NCBI GenBank assembly: GCA_004022145.1
Contig: RCNU01000002.1
Length of the DNA: 64,000 nucleotides
Direction: 5' to 3' (one strand)
Source: Paecilomyces variotii
Taxonomy: Eukaryota
Shown: in pieces, positions 26,687-38,060 of the stretch
How the letters are laid out: the number at the start of each line of letters is the position of its first letter
Position numbering within the stretch: the first letter of the stretch is position 1
Program-made: the position numbers and the translations under genes
Notes under the pieces: generated by a model
Told to the model about the DNA's origin: nothing
Database searches by the model: none
What the model saw: only the letters and a program-made list of their open reading frames with translations

Positions 26687-27169
26687 TGGACGAGTGAACG
26701 TCGACGAAAGATGCGAGACTGGGCAAAACTCTCCAAGGAGGACGACTGCGTGCACAGACGCATCTTGGGATCTCAAAAGTCCCAGGTTCTTCCCACCAGA
26801 GACAGGAATGTCAGATATGCAAGAGAAGAGAAGAAACAAAAAACAGTCAGGAGGCAAGGGACGGCAAAGAGCCTGCACCACGCCAAATAGAGCGCAAAAC
26901 TAGTTAACGTTAACTGGGCACCAAACCGGGCAGCGTCACTGAGTCTTATTCTTCCTCCATTAGCTTTGCCAGTTTCTGTCGGCACAACATTCCGGCCTCA
27001 GCCTGGCTGCATTAACTATGATTGTAATTGTAATTATTATTATTATTGACAAGGCTGGACTACTTGGAATAATGTAGCTGGTTATGTAACTTCAACTATC
27101 TACATAACTCCAACGAATAATTATTATCCGATATTGTATACTAACCAGCTTCAACGCTGTTCGTGCGGT

Positions 27170-27176
27170 CACGTGC
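27170..27176. promoter_or_regulatory. E-box CACGTG(C), candidate Pho4/NUC-1/PalcA site
   Basis: Exact CACGTGC in the divergent promoter between the Pho80-like and ARMC8-like genes. Confidence 0.35.
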
Positions 27177-27267
27177 ATCCCCGTGACCATGACAGCAGAT
27201 GGCGCTAAGGCCCGACTGGGATTCGCAATGGAGACAAGCTCGAGGGCCGAGAGCGTCAGTGACCCCA

Positions 27268-27298
27268 GACTGACTGACTGACTGACTGACTGACTGAC
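27268..27298. repeat. (GACT)7.75 tetranucleotide microsatellite
   Basis: gactgactgactgactgactgactgactgac. Confidence 0.9.
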
Positions 27299-27601
27299 AG
27301 CATCTGCTACCAACGCTGAGGATAGCATAGCACCCGTTGCCAGTCTGGTCTCCTCTGCATCCTATTAGAGGAGCGTTTGTCTACATTGTCCCTTCCTCTG
27401 TACAGCAGCAGCAGCTGTCCCTCGTCGCCTCCGACGGGAGCGTCCAACCTCTCCGCAATTCCATTCCATATCTATCCCTGGAGAGGAGCACGGCTTGGTG
27501 ACGACGCGCAACTGTACTGCAGAACATCCTGCATTCCTGGACTGACGGATAGGGGTTGCTGCCAGACAGCGCGTTGAGAGGCGCAACCTCCTCTTCTCAC
27601 G

Positions 27602-30600
27602 ATGACGCGAGCGGCGGCACCCCCGACGCTGGTCGAGCTTCAGAATCCCGAGTCCCTGGGTGCGCAGACGGCCGCATTGCGACGGCTGAAGAACGAGCTG
27701 ATCGGCCATGACCAGCGGAAGGAAGCTTGGATCGGCTGGGGTATCATTCCCGTCCTGTCGAGGGTTCTGTCGATAAAGAGAGGAAGCGGGAAGCGTGCCA
27801 CGGCTGGGGAGCTCAACGGAGCAGGCGAGCACAGCGATAAGGCTGGCAGAACCGAGGAAGAAGAGGCATGTATACAGGCGGTCATTATCCTCGGAAGTTT
27901 GGCACAAGGTGAGTAAAAAGAAAAGAAAAGAAAAAAAAGGAAGGATAAGAAACACAGTATCGAAGACAGAGAGGCTGACAAACGCTAGGTGGACCTGCTT
28001 TCATCTCTCCAATCCTCTCCAGCGAGGTTCCCTCACACCTGCTGGCCATCATCGCAGCACCTGACTGTCCGCAGTCATTAGCCCTCGCCATTCTCAAGAC
28101 CCTGAATGCGATAGCCGATAGACTGCCGTTGCAGAGCCAGCAGCAATGGCCCAAGGACACGCGGTTGGCGGACCTGGCATTTTCGAAGGAATATATTGGC
28201 TGTCTTCCTCGGATCATAGGACAGAACTCTAGCTCCTCGACCACGCAGTCGTGCATTGCGTTGGCTGCCAGTTTGATCGCGAAACTCTGTACGGAAGAGC
28301 GCCATAAGACGGCACTGGCTGATGCTGGGGTGCTAGATGCCCTAGCAGTCAGGGTGGCATCCGTTGTGGTGGCTCAGGGCTTCGTACTTCCAGGTGCTGA
28401 AGAGCATGTCCGCGACCCAGGAGCCCTGGGGGCGCTGCCAGCTCCTGCGCCGCCCGGCGCCAAACTTGGCTCGATCCTGCGAGCAGTGTCCGCCATCATA
28501 GAGCACTCTAAGTGGCGAGCGGAGCATTTCCTATCCTCGCCAGGTATTGTGACCGTGTTCCCCAAGCAATTGCCTGAGTTCGCCCCGAACGACATCAAGA
28601 AAGCTCCGTGGGGCTCTACGTACCTGTCCGGATTTGCTGTGCCGCGTCATATCTCGCTACATCCAATCGATAGCATCCTTCCATCTGTACCGGTTGGTCA
28701 TGCAAAGAGTTCGAGCAACTTTCCGCCCCTGGGCCCCCAGGGCTCTTATGGCAAACACAGCCACTTCTACAACTCCACATTCTCATTCTTGGAGTCAGCC
28801 ACGTCTGATGATGATGAGAATGCAATCGTGCCCTGGCTGTTATATCTAGTCCGCCAGGAGAGCGGTATTGTACGGCTGATGGCAGCACGTCTGGTGACCG
28901 TTCTGTTCCGACTGGGACTCGCCAAGAGACATCGCATCTCCATGTTCGGCTACCTCTTGATTCCCATCCTCATTCGCATGCTAGACAAGGATTACGAGCT
29001 GCCGCACGGATATGATTCTGAGCAGGATGGTCTCATCCCTACCACGCTACGATTGAAGGAAGAGGCTCCGTCCATTCTAGCCATGCTCGTGATGGATGAA
29101 GATGAACTGCAAAGGGCGGCTGTGGAAGGTGGTGCAATAAAAAGACTCTCCCAGATGCTGAAGGAAACGTACAATCCAGTCCAGGATAATACGAAGGCTA
29201 TGTGGAGTGCTGAAAATGGATCTCCGGAGCCTCGTCATGATGTCAGTCCGGAACTTCAGCTGGGGCCTCCTGGTTACTCTCCGATGGTTTGTCATATCAT
29301 GCGCTATCGGGAAGGGATCCTTAAAGCCTTGGCTTCTCTTGCTCCCTCCAAAGACGAATATCGCAAGGCTGTCTGCGACAATGGTGTGGTGCCGTACATC
29401 ATCGATTCGCTAAAGCCGCGTCTTACGGAGGCTCCCGACACAGCTTCCGCTGCGAGAAACACGGCGGCTGATGGAAACCCGACCCCGACACTGCTTGCTG
29501 CTTGTGGTGCTGCCCGTATGCTCACGCGATCCGTCAGTGTGTTGAGGACTAGCCTCATTGACGCGGGTGTTGCGACCCCCCTCTTCGAGCTGATAAAGCA
29601 CCGTGATATTGACGTGCAGATCGCAGCCACGTCCGTCATCTGCAATCTAGCACTTGACTTCAGCCCAATGAAGGAGGTCAGTCCTCCATATTTTCACAAC
29701 CTTTCGGCTTCACAATCACTGACTTTACCAGGCTATCATCTCTGCAGATATCCTCCCAATCCTCATCGACCATGCGCACTCATCCAACGTGAAGCTGCGG
29801 ATGGAATCCTTGTGGGCTCTCAAGCACGTGGCGTATAACTCAGCCAACGATCTGAAGATAAAAATCATAGAGTCATTGGGGCCTGGTTGGATCAAACAGA
29901 TTATCTCTCAGGACCCGACTCATTTACTCAACAAGCAAAACATCGACGAGGAGATAGGCAATGGATCCCCTCTGGGAATGGGTACATCTAATTCTGCCGG
30001 TGAGCGTGTGGACCTGCTGAATCCCATCGACAACGAGGAGGATGAAGACCTGAAGATGACGGACAGCATCCCGACGTCTAAGATGAGCCTCGAAATGTTC
30101 CTACCAGACCCTGCGAGGCGGAGGAAGCTCGCATTGAGTGGTGATCTTGATCAGAGGACGCAGGCCCGCCAGGATGACATTGCTGTTCAAGAACAGACTT
30201 TCGACCTCCTGCGGAACATCATCTGCGGATCAGGCGCTTCGGAAATGATTGATTATCTTTTCAAGGAGATCGGCCAAAATGACTTGTTCGACGCCATTGC
30301 GGACAAATTGCGGCCTCGCACCGTTCAAGTTTCTGGCCGTCGGGACTCGACGACCAACAAGAGCGTGCCTGTTCCAACCGAGATCATTATCGCAGTAACG
30401 TACGTGATCATCCATCTCGCTGCTGGTCTTCCGCGGCATCGACAGCTTCTCGCCTTGCATCCTGACATACTGCGATTCCTCATGGGATTTTTCAATCACT
30501 CGAACCCTAAGGTCCGCGTTAACTGCGTGTGGATCGTGATCAACCTGACCTACCTCGACAATGAGAGCGACCGCCAGACTTGCCGCGAGCGTGCCGTCAA

Positions 30601-30718
30601 GCTGAAGTATCTCGGCGTGACGGACCGGTTAGCAAGTCTGGAGGACGATCCCGATCTGGACGTGAGAGAACGCACGAAGACAGCTTTACATCTGATGGAT
30701 TCTCTCGTTTCTGTATGA
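27602..30718 (+). CDS. Armadillo repeat protein ARMC8/Vid28 (Gid5) of the GID/CTLH E3 ligase
   Basis: AALRRLKNELIGHDQRK N-terminus. LTRSVSVLRTSLIDAGVA, ICNLALDFSPMKE, LWALKHV and QEQTFDLLRN armadillo motifs. Two introns (about 27909-27988 and 29677-29731). Confidence 0.85.
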
Positions 30719-31399
30719 TCTCATTTCTGTATGACATAGTCCTCTCTCTGGACATGTCGATAATGTGTATTGGCAATGCATGCCCGGATGTGTAGATACA
30801 AAATCGGTTTCGGATGGGGCGCTCCGGGTACATAGTGGCGTTGATCTTGCATTTAGCGAGCATTTAATGATCTTGTTACGTCTGAGTTATACACGAAATT
30901 TGCACATCGTCTCCGCCCTCTACTTGTACTTCGATCGGTCAATGCTATTCAATGATCATTTACCTTTCTTTAGACTTCCAGTCACTCCCCGCATCGCTCC
31001 TTCGCCGGTCATATATCTTATAGAGTTAAACAGATATATGCATTTACATGCTATATTCACTGTATGAGTTTGGGATTCCCATAATGTGTCTATGCTTCGA
31101 ACTAATAATAATGCCCCCTCGAAGTGTGGAAATGGATATTCTTTGTCTTATCTTATCGATAAGCCGGCGGGGTCGACCAACCGACGTCATCTGAAATGCG
31201 CGACCTGACCGGATGTTTTGAATCTCCTTTTTTATTCTCAGCTATCGCTCCTGTTTTCCTTTCTGCTATAATCCCTTGGGCCTATCAAGATCTAAGACAT
31301 TATTCACCAATTGTATCATCAGGCTTGATCTCTGCTACATGCTGACCGCTTTAAGCGGATTTCGGATGTTGTTGACTTTCTCTCTCCTCGAACCTCAAA

Positions 31400-32560
31400 A
31401 TGCCTCCTCTTCCGGAATCCATTGCTCGTGCTCTCTCCCTTACTCCAGATAAGGCTACTGTTTCCTCCGCTGGGTTCGGTTCTGGCTTCACTACGACCGG
31501 CAAGATCAGCGCATCAGTGCCTGCCCCTGATGGCAACGGTGAAGAGCAACGATTATTCTTCCTAAAGACTTCCGGCGATGGCAAAGCCGCTGAGGAGATG
31601 TTCCGTGGAGAATACGAGTCACTCAATGCAATCGCTTCTGCCGTTCCGGGCTTATGCCCTCGAGCTCTCGCATGGGGCCCGGTTCAGGAAGGCGGAGGGA
31701 AGAGCTATTTCCTGGCGACGGAGTTCCTAGAACTTGGTGGTGGGCGCTCAGGCTCTTCACTGGCGAAGAGATTGGGAAAGCTACATAGTACACCAGCTCC
31801 TCCAGATCCAGAGACTGGCAAGCGCATGTTTGGGTTCCCGGTCCCGACGTTCTGCGGTGATACAAGGCAACCGAACCGGTTCCGCGAGTCGTGGGCGGAC
31901 TTCTATGCCAATGAGAGGCTCATGACTATCCTGGATGAATCAGAGAAGCGAAACGGGAAGGACTCAGAGCTCCGGGAATTGGTAGAGAAGACAGCCACAA
32001 AAGTCGTTCCCGCACTACTTGCAGATGGTCATTTGGGATACGACAAGAATGGTCAAGGCAAGGGTATCGTTCCTGTCGTTATCCACGGAGACCTGTGGAG
32101 TGGCAATGCAGGCCGTGGGCGAATTGTTGGAAGTGGACGAAAGGAAGATGAGGAGACGGGTGATGTGCTCTATGACCCATCCGCTTGCTATGCTCATAAT
32201 GAATACGAACTGGGAATTATGAAGATGTTTGGTGGCTTCGGATCTGCCTTCTTTAATGAGTATCATCGCATTGTCCCCAAGACGGAGCCGGTCGAGGAGT
32301 ATGAGGACCGGGTGAGGCTGTACGAATTGTAAGTGTCTACCATCCTCTCTTGTGAATTTTTCTTTTTCTCTCTCTTTCGCTTCCTGGGACCGTCCTCTCT
32401 GCTGGTTTGAACTTTCGTTCATTTCTTTGTCTGCTGACAAGACCACGTCTCCAGGTACCATCATCTTAACCACCACGCTATCTTTGGGGGCGGATATCGC
32501 TCAGGCGCAGTGTCTATAATGTCGAAGTTGATCAGAAAGTACGGAAGTAGCAAGGTGTGA
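31400..32560 (+). CDS. Fructosamine-3-kinase / protein-ribulosamine 3-kinase family
   Basis: FGFPVPTFCGDTRQPN, IHGDLWSGN, YDPSACYAHNEYELGIMKMFGGF and, after the intron, YHHLNHHAIFGGGY. Stop at 32558-32560. Confidence 0.92.
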
Positions 32561-32874
32561 TTTTGTCCCATTGATAGATACCTATTTGTATACTACCTTT
32601 TATCGTATTTTCCTTAGCGATATGCCAATTAGCGATAGTTTTCTGCATCTTGACTTCTGTATTTGGCAGTATTCCTATTATGGAACAGCAAGTTAATCTG
32701 TTTACATTTCGTTTAATACTAGCTATCTAGTAACTGGCCAACGGTACAGCGTTGGTGCAAGAGGCCATCCTCGGTCATCAAAAACCATGTTAGAGGTCCA
32801 GGTAGAGTCTCGCCAACTAGGAGTTCTCCTTTTTGGTCGAGTGGCAGAAAGCCGATAAAACGTAGCAGCACTCC

Positions 32875-33708
32875 TCAGCTGTCAAAAAACACAGCAGCAC
32901 CAAACTCCAACAAACTCTGGTGGTCGATAGAGATCTCTCCAGCGGGCAGATTAGGAGGTACCGAATCAAAGAGTAAATCGGCAGGGTTAACGAGAGGTGC
33001 ACCAGTCAAGTGGGTCCCGTTATGATGGTACTCCAGCTGTTGGACATTGGCTGGTGAATCTTGCCATCTTTCGAATCGGAGAATTTTTCGATGGACATCG
33101 ACTGAGATTAGAAGAACAATCTTGGTACGACCGTTTGTATTGACAAGCCACAAACGAGCGTCTTGACGAAGTTGGCGAATGGTTTCCGATACCCCAACTT
33201 CAATGACAAAAGTTGGATAGTCATGCAGATTGTTTCTGGAGGCCGGTTTTATTTGCTCATCGGGCTCCTTGTGTAGACCGTTCGGAAAGCTCATTCTGCC
33301 ACTTCCAGACATCACTATCTGGCGCCTCATGCCAAGTCTCTCAATACGGGAAAGGATGTTGTAAAAAAGAGTCCGGGATATTCTGTCGTGAAGCACTCCT
33401 GGCATGAACTTTACAATCATTGTCTCACTGTTGTCATCCACAAGGGCCGTGAACTTCGGCAAGCTATCCCTGAGGCCTCTTCTTTCCAGCTCCAGCAAGT
33501 TTTCGGAGTTGAATCCTATGATCGCAATGTAGCGCAGTCGATTATTAGGAAGATCAGCCCATATGCGGGCGAAGATATCCCTCAGAGATTCAAAGCCATT
33601 GTATCTGTATCGATAGGTAGCTGGTATAGAATATGCCTGAACGATGGTTTCAGGCGAGGGACCTAATGACAAGGTCGAACCCCTTCCAGCGGCGCTTGTC
33701 TGAAGCAT
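32875..33708 (-). CDS. Fungal Uma2-like PD-(D/E)XK restriction-endonuclease-fold protein (start uncertain)
   Basis: MPGVLHD, KEPDEQIKP and PTFVIEVGVSETIRQLRQDARLWL match the PD...(V)EV(G/A)xSE pattern of this family. Confidence 0.7.
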   Translation of the reverse strand: MLQTSAAGRGSTLSLGPSPETIVQAYSIPATYRYRYNGFESLRDIFARIWADLPNNRLRYIAIIGFNSENLLELERRGLRDSLPKFTALVDDNSETMIVKFMPGVLHDRISRTLFYNILSRIERLGMRRQIVMSGSGRMSFPNGLHKEPDEQIKPASRNNLHDYPTFVIEVGVSETIRQLRQDARLWLVNTNGRTKIVLLISVDVHRKILRFERWQDSPANVQQLEYHHNGTHLTGAPLVNPADLLFDSVPPNLPAGEISIDHQSLLEFGAAVFFDS

Positions 33709-33922
33709 ATTGTGAAATAGAATCAAGTTTTCAGGTTTATCACCTCACAGTGATGCCGAGACAAACCCTCTTCGCGTCGTGGATGCGCATGACGGGGCTG
33801 AGAGCATTGAGAAGCAACTGTAGAGCAGTATAAACCAATACGACCTAGCAAAGTCTCAGCCGATCACGATCCCTACTCCCATTACCGAGGAGCCAACCTG
33901 GCCGTCGCTTGAGAAAACCAGC

Positions 33923-34421
33923 ATGGGAACGAAACCAAACTTGAAGCTTGAAAAGGAGATAGACTACATGAAGAGAATGAGAACTGACCTGAATTCGTTC
34001 CTTTTGAGCTTGGCACCCCCCGTGGCCTGGACCGACCCGTGTTTCCGATCTAGACAGTACCAAGAAAGCCTCTCAAGCTCTTAATGCGGATATTGTCGTC
34101 AACGTTCCAAGCAGACAGAGACACACTCATACTTGTCCCTCTTGCAACAAATCCTTCTCTACAACAAGAGCTCTCAAGAACCACAAGTTCACACGTGGAC
34201 ATTTTCGTCCTTCGACGCCCCGTGTCGTCAATGTGAATACTTGTACATCCCGTACCAATGTCCCAAAGATCGAGTGTCCGTTATGTCTGCTTGGTTTTTC
34301 TGATGATCACTCGTGTCTGGCCCACCAAGAGAAAGAAAAACATGCCTATTGTAGGGCTTGCAAAAGGGCTTTCACTACCGTTCAGGGGGCCCTAATGCAT
34401 GATCTTTCTTTCCACAGGTGA
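33923..34421 (+). pseudogene. Three-finger C2H2 zinc-finger gene with a 1-nt frameshift at a C6 run (pseudogene or assembly error)
   Basis: Fingers CPSCNKSFSTTRALKNHKFTRGH, CPLCLLGFSDDHSCLAHQEKEKH and CRACKRAFTTVQGALMHDLSFH share one stop-free frame (34008-34421). The ATG at 33923 joins that frame if one C is removed at 34016-34021. Confidence 0.55.
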
Positions 34422-35035
34422 AATAGGTCAGCAGTCATTCTTTATGAGAGCTTCTAGGTGCTTGAGTATTGGGTCAATACTTCGTCGATTTGAATCCCAT
34501 TCATGAGATTATGTATGTTAGTTACACTTTGGACCAGTCTCGATAGCTTCATGGTGTTCACAATTGTGGATCTTTTTCTTGCTGTAACTAATTGGACCCT
34601 ATCTTGAGAGGAAGCTCGGAATAATAAATATTTCCCAGGTATAGCATAGCATCAGTCAATATAGGAAGATAGGTCAAGATACTAGTAGCTGAGATCTTCA
34701 GTTATATTTCACGATATATTAGGTATCTTGGGCTGGTTGAAGCAGCCTGGTGCTTAGGTTCTTCAGCAAACCCAAGCTATTTATGTCCTTGGGTAAAGAT
34801 CCAGGTTATAATTCACTCCATCAAAAAGGGACAAGACGGTACATGCCGTTTGTACTGTGTTTGTGAATGTGCCCGCGGTTGCATTCACTTTGTAGTTGAC
34901 GCTTTCTACCTCCTACTTCTATGCACGGACCATAATTTCCTGAAACAGTATCGGAACAACGTTACCCCGAGAAGCTCACCCAACATGGCTCACTTCTTTA
35001 GCAGCGTCAACTCGATACCTTTGGGGACCAACAGG

Positions 35036-36418
35036 ATGGCCCCCGAAAAGAAGGATTCGGTGCGTCCGGACGCGGAGGCGGCACCTCCAGAGACTCCCAT
35101 GCCGCATCCTTCATTCATCCAGGTTGCCAAGCCGTATGTCTTCGAGCAGACTATCCAAGACTGCATCACCGCTCTTGGTGTTGACCCACTGCGCGAGGAG
35201 GGCCTCCGTCTCCAGGGCGTCGCGTGGATCGACAGTGTACGCAGAGCCCTCCATCTGTATGTTTGGATCCATTCTGTGACAGTTCTAGAGCTTCAATTTT
35301 TCATTTTGAATTCAGACTAACAATTTCAAAGGCCTGTTCGTACTTTCAACACAGCGGTCGTGTACTATCATAAGTTCAGACTTGTCCATGCGGACAATGA
35401 GTACAATTACATGGTAAGCTTAACTGTGTTCTTCTATAAAGGAATGCGTTTAACGAGGTGCTAGGACGCTGCTGCTGCGGCATTGTTTACTGCTTGCAAG
35501 ATTGAAGACACGCTGAAGAAGTCTCGCGAGATTGTATGCACTGCCTTCAATCTCAAGCTCCCTCCGGCAGAGCACCTTTCTCCGGATGACCCGGTCAGTA
35601 GACTTTGTTCAAATACCTGCAGCTGTATTTGTGCCACTAACATTTTACCAGCTCTTCGAGGTTCATGCCAGGGGTATCATTGGGCTGGAGCGGTTGATGC
35701 TTGAGGCGAATGGTTTCGACTTCAGAAGCCGTCACCCGCAGAACAGGCTCGTCAAGCTTGCCAAGAGCTACGGTGTTCAGAAGGACTCAGAGGTAGCCAG
35801 CATATCTTACCGCATCTCTATCGATCTTTACAGGACCTTTGCGCCAATCAAGCAGACTACGACAACCATGGCCTTTGCCTCTCTTGAACTGGCAGGCCGC
35901 CTTCTCGACGACCGTCTTGAGGATGTTGAGTCTGGAAGGGATTATGAAAAGTGGAAGACCAGCCGTGAAGAAGTCATGGGTAAGTATCTGATTTCTACTC
36001 CCTCCCATATCACATCTATAGGTCACTAACAAAGCTACCAGAAACTCTTCTCGACCTACTTGAGCTCTACACTCACCACCGTGGCTCTACCTCTGTGGGA
36101 CCTAGCTTCCCTGTCGACAAGTTTCTAACTATCCGTATCCCCCTCAATCAGGAAGTGGATGCCAAGAAGCTTCCTCGCTACACCAACTGGAGGAATGGGG
36201 AAACCAACGGCTCAAGAGATGGAAAGGACCCTGCCGCGAAAAACGTACCTACTCAGAACCCTCTCACCCCCATATCCGCAACCGGAGAGAGGCCCAAGCC
36301 AGGTGGTCGCGACGGAACTGTGCGCTTCATGCTCGACCCTGAACGTGCGCAAGATGAAAAGGCCATTGTTTCTGAATATTTCAAGAACGAGATGGAGGAA
36401 TACGAAATCGAGGAGTGA
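35036..36418 (+). CDS. CTK2: CTD kinase subunit beta cyclin (Ctk2/cyclin K-like), multi-exon; alternative in-frame ATG at 34985
   Basis: PHPSFIQVAKPYVFEQ, LRLQGVAWIDSVR, LFTACKIEDTLKKSREI, LERLMLEANGFDFRSRHPQ and RDGTVRFMLDPERA. Confidence 0.85.
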
Positions 36419-38060
36419 ACTGCATTCGATCACGAATTCTGATTACACCCGATATCACGCATTGTCAGGCCTTAGGAGCCTGGGATTTACGACCTTATGA
36501 CTTTTGCACGAAAGAAAAGGGCCAAATGGCTCCGTCCATACTACACGAAATTAGAAAAAACACCTAACAAAAGTCTTTCCGATCTCACCGCAACCAAGCA
36601 AGGACTGGGCATCTGTACCAACGGAAGCCAGGCGATGGCCTCATCAGGCACTATCGCATGTATCCAAGCATGGGCAAATGGCTCTGCGCTCTTGCTTCAA
36701 AGGAGAAAAGAAGCGCTGACCACGCGCGTGACGAGGCATCTTGTAACAACAACACCAAACAACAAATCTTTTTTTCTTATAATGTGTATTAATGGACTAT
36801 CAAATCAAGACCCAAAAAAATTAAATCAGCAGATCGGTGACTATCACTCCTACTGGAGAAATCTGGTATCTATGAAAAGGTAATCGTCAACTTGTGCTCA
36901 AGAGTAATGCGTAAAAATACAATAATTCAATGCATACCCGCAATTAGTATAGTGCATATGTATTCTCAAAAGGCAAAGCAACCTTAAGACTTGTCAGCCT
37001 CCTTATTGGCATTAGTCTTAATATAGCTCCCCTAATACACCGTCTCATAACTTTCGCCGCCTGTCTATGGAATCTGAGATACGACATGCAAAGAAACTTT
37101 GGGGTGGAAATCTTGCAGTTCTACAAAAACTTCTATGGTAAACTAGATAAGATCGCACATTGGAATATTTACACAGTAACTCGCCGCAGGGGCACCAAGT
37201 AGAAACATCCCCATAAAAAGGTTCAGTAGCAGTTATCAGCCTTGATTTCAGAGATGCTTACATTCTACGTGCAACTGGAATAGCAAAAGAACAAAAACTA
37301 CAAATCTCAATATATATTGAGCACGGCCGATTAACAAAGGACATTCTCTCTCACCAGCACACACTTAAGTATCCTTATTTTCCAAGAATAAATTGCAGCA
37401 TAGAGGTCGAACAGCATGCCTCTTTTCCTGCCTCCCAAGGTCAGTTTCCATAACCAACTATACATTAATTAAAACTTTCACTATCATGATATAGCCACTT
37501 CTATCCGTGTAGCTTATATCATATGAGACTCAAGAAACCCCACAAGCAGATTGCGGAATCAAAGAAGAAAAGAAAGGTACAATTGGCATCCACAACACTT
37601 GGGAGTGCCAAGGAGTCAAACAGGCAAAGAAACCGGGTAAGGGTAAAAGTGCATAAAAATAGGAAATACAGTCCATTTTTAATTGTTATGATATATAAAT
37701 TTTACACCATGGGTTCCGCTCGACAATAGACCGAATACGCCAATCGTGGAAGCAGAAGTGAGCAGGGCAGAGCGGAAGGGTAGAAAGCGTCCAAAAAGAA
37801 AGACCGTGCTATCAAATACCACCATACCTGATCGTTGATATAGCAAAATCGGGGTCATAGCTTAGGTGTACTGGTGTCCTTCAAGGCGGTACTGCAACCT
37901 TACTCGCAAAAGGTGCATAAAGGACATGGAGATCGTGAATTGAGAGAGGTCCCTCGGTCAGTTGGAAAATGACCTAGGAAATAGTTTTGCTCCAGCAGTC
38001 CGTTGCTTGGGGAAACGAGTCGATGTCATGTTCGAAATGACGTCCTTGGCGGCAAGGATC

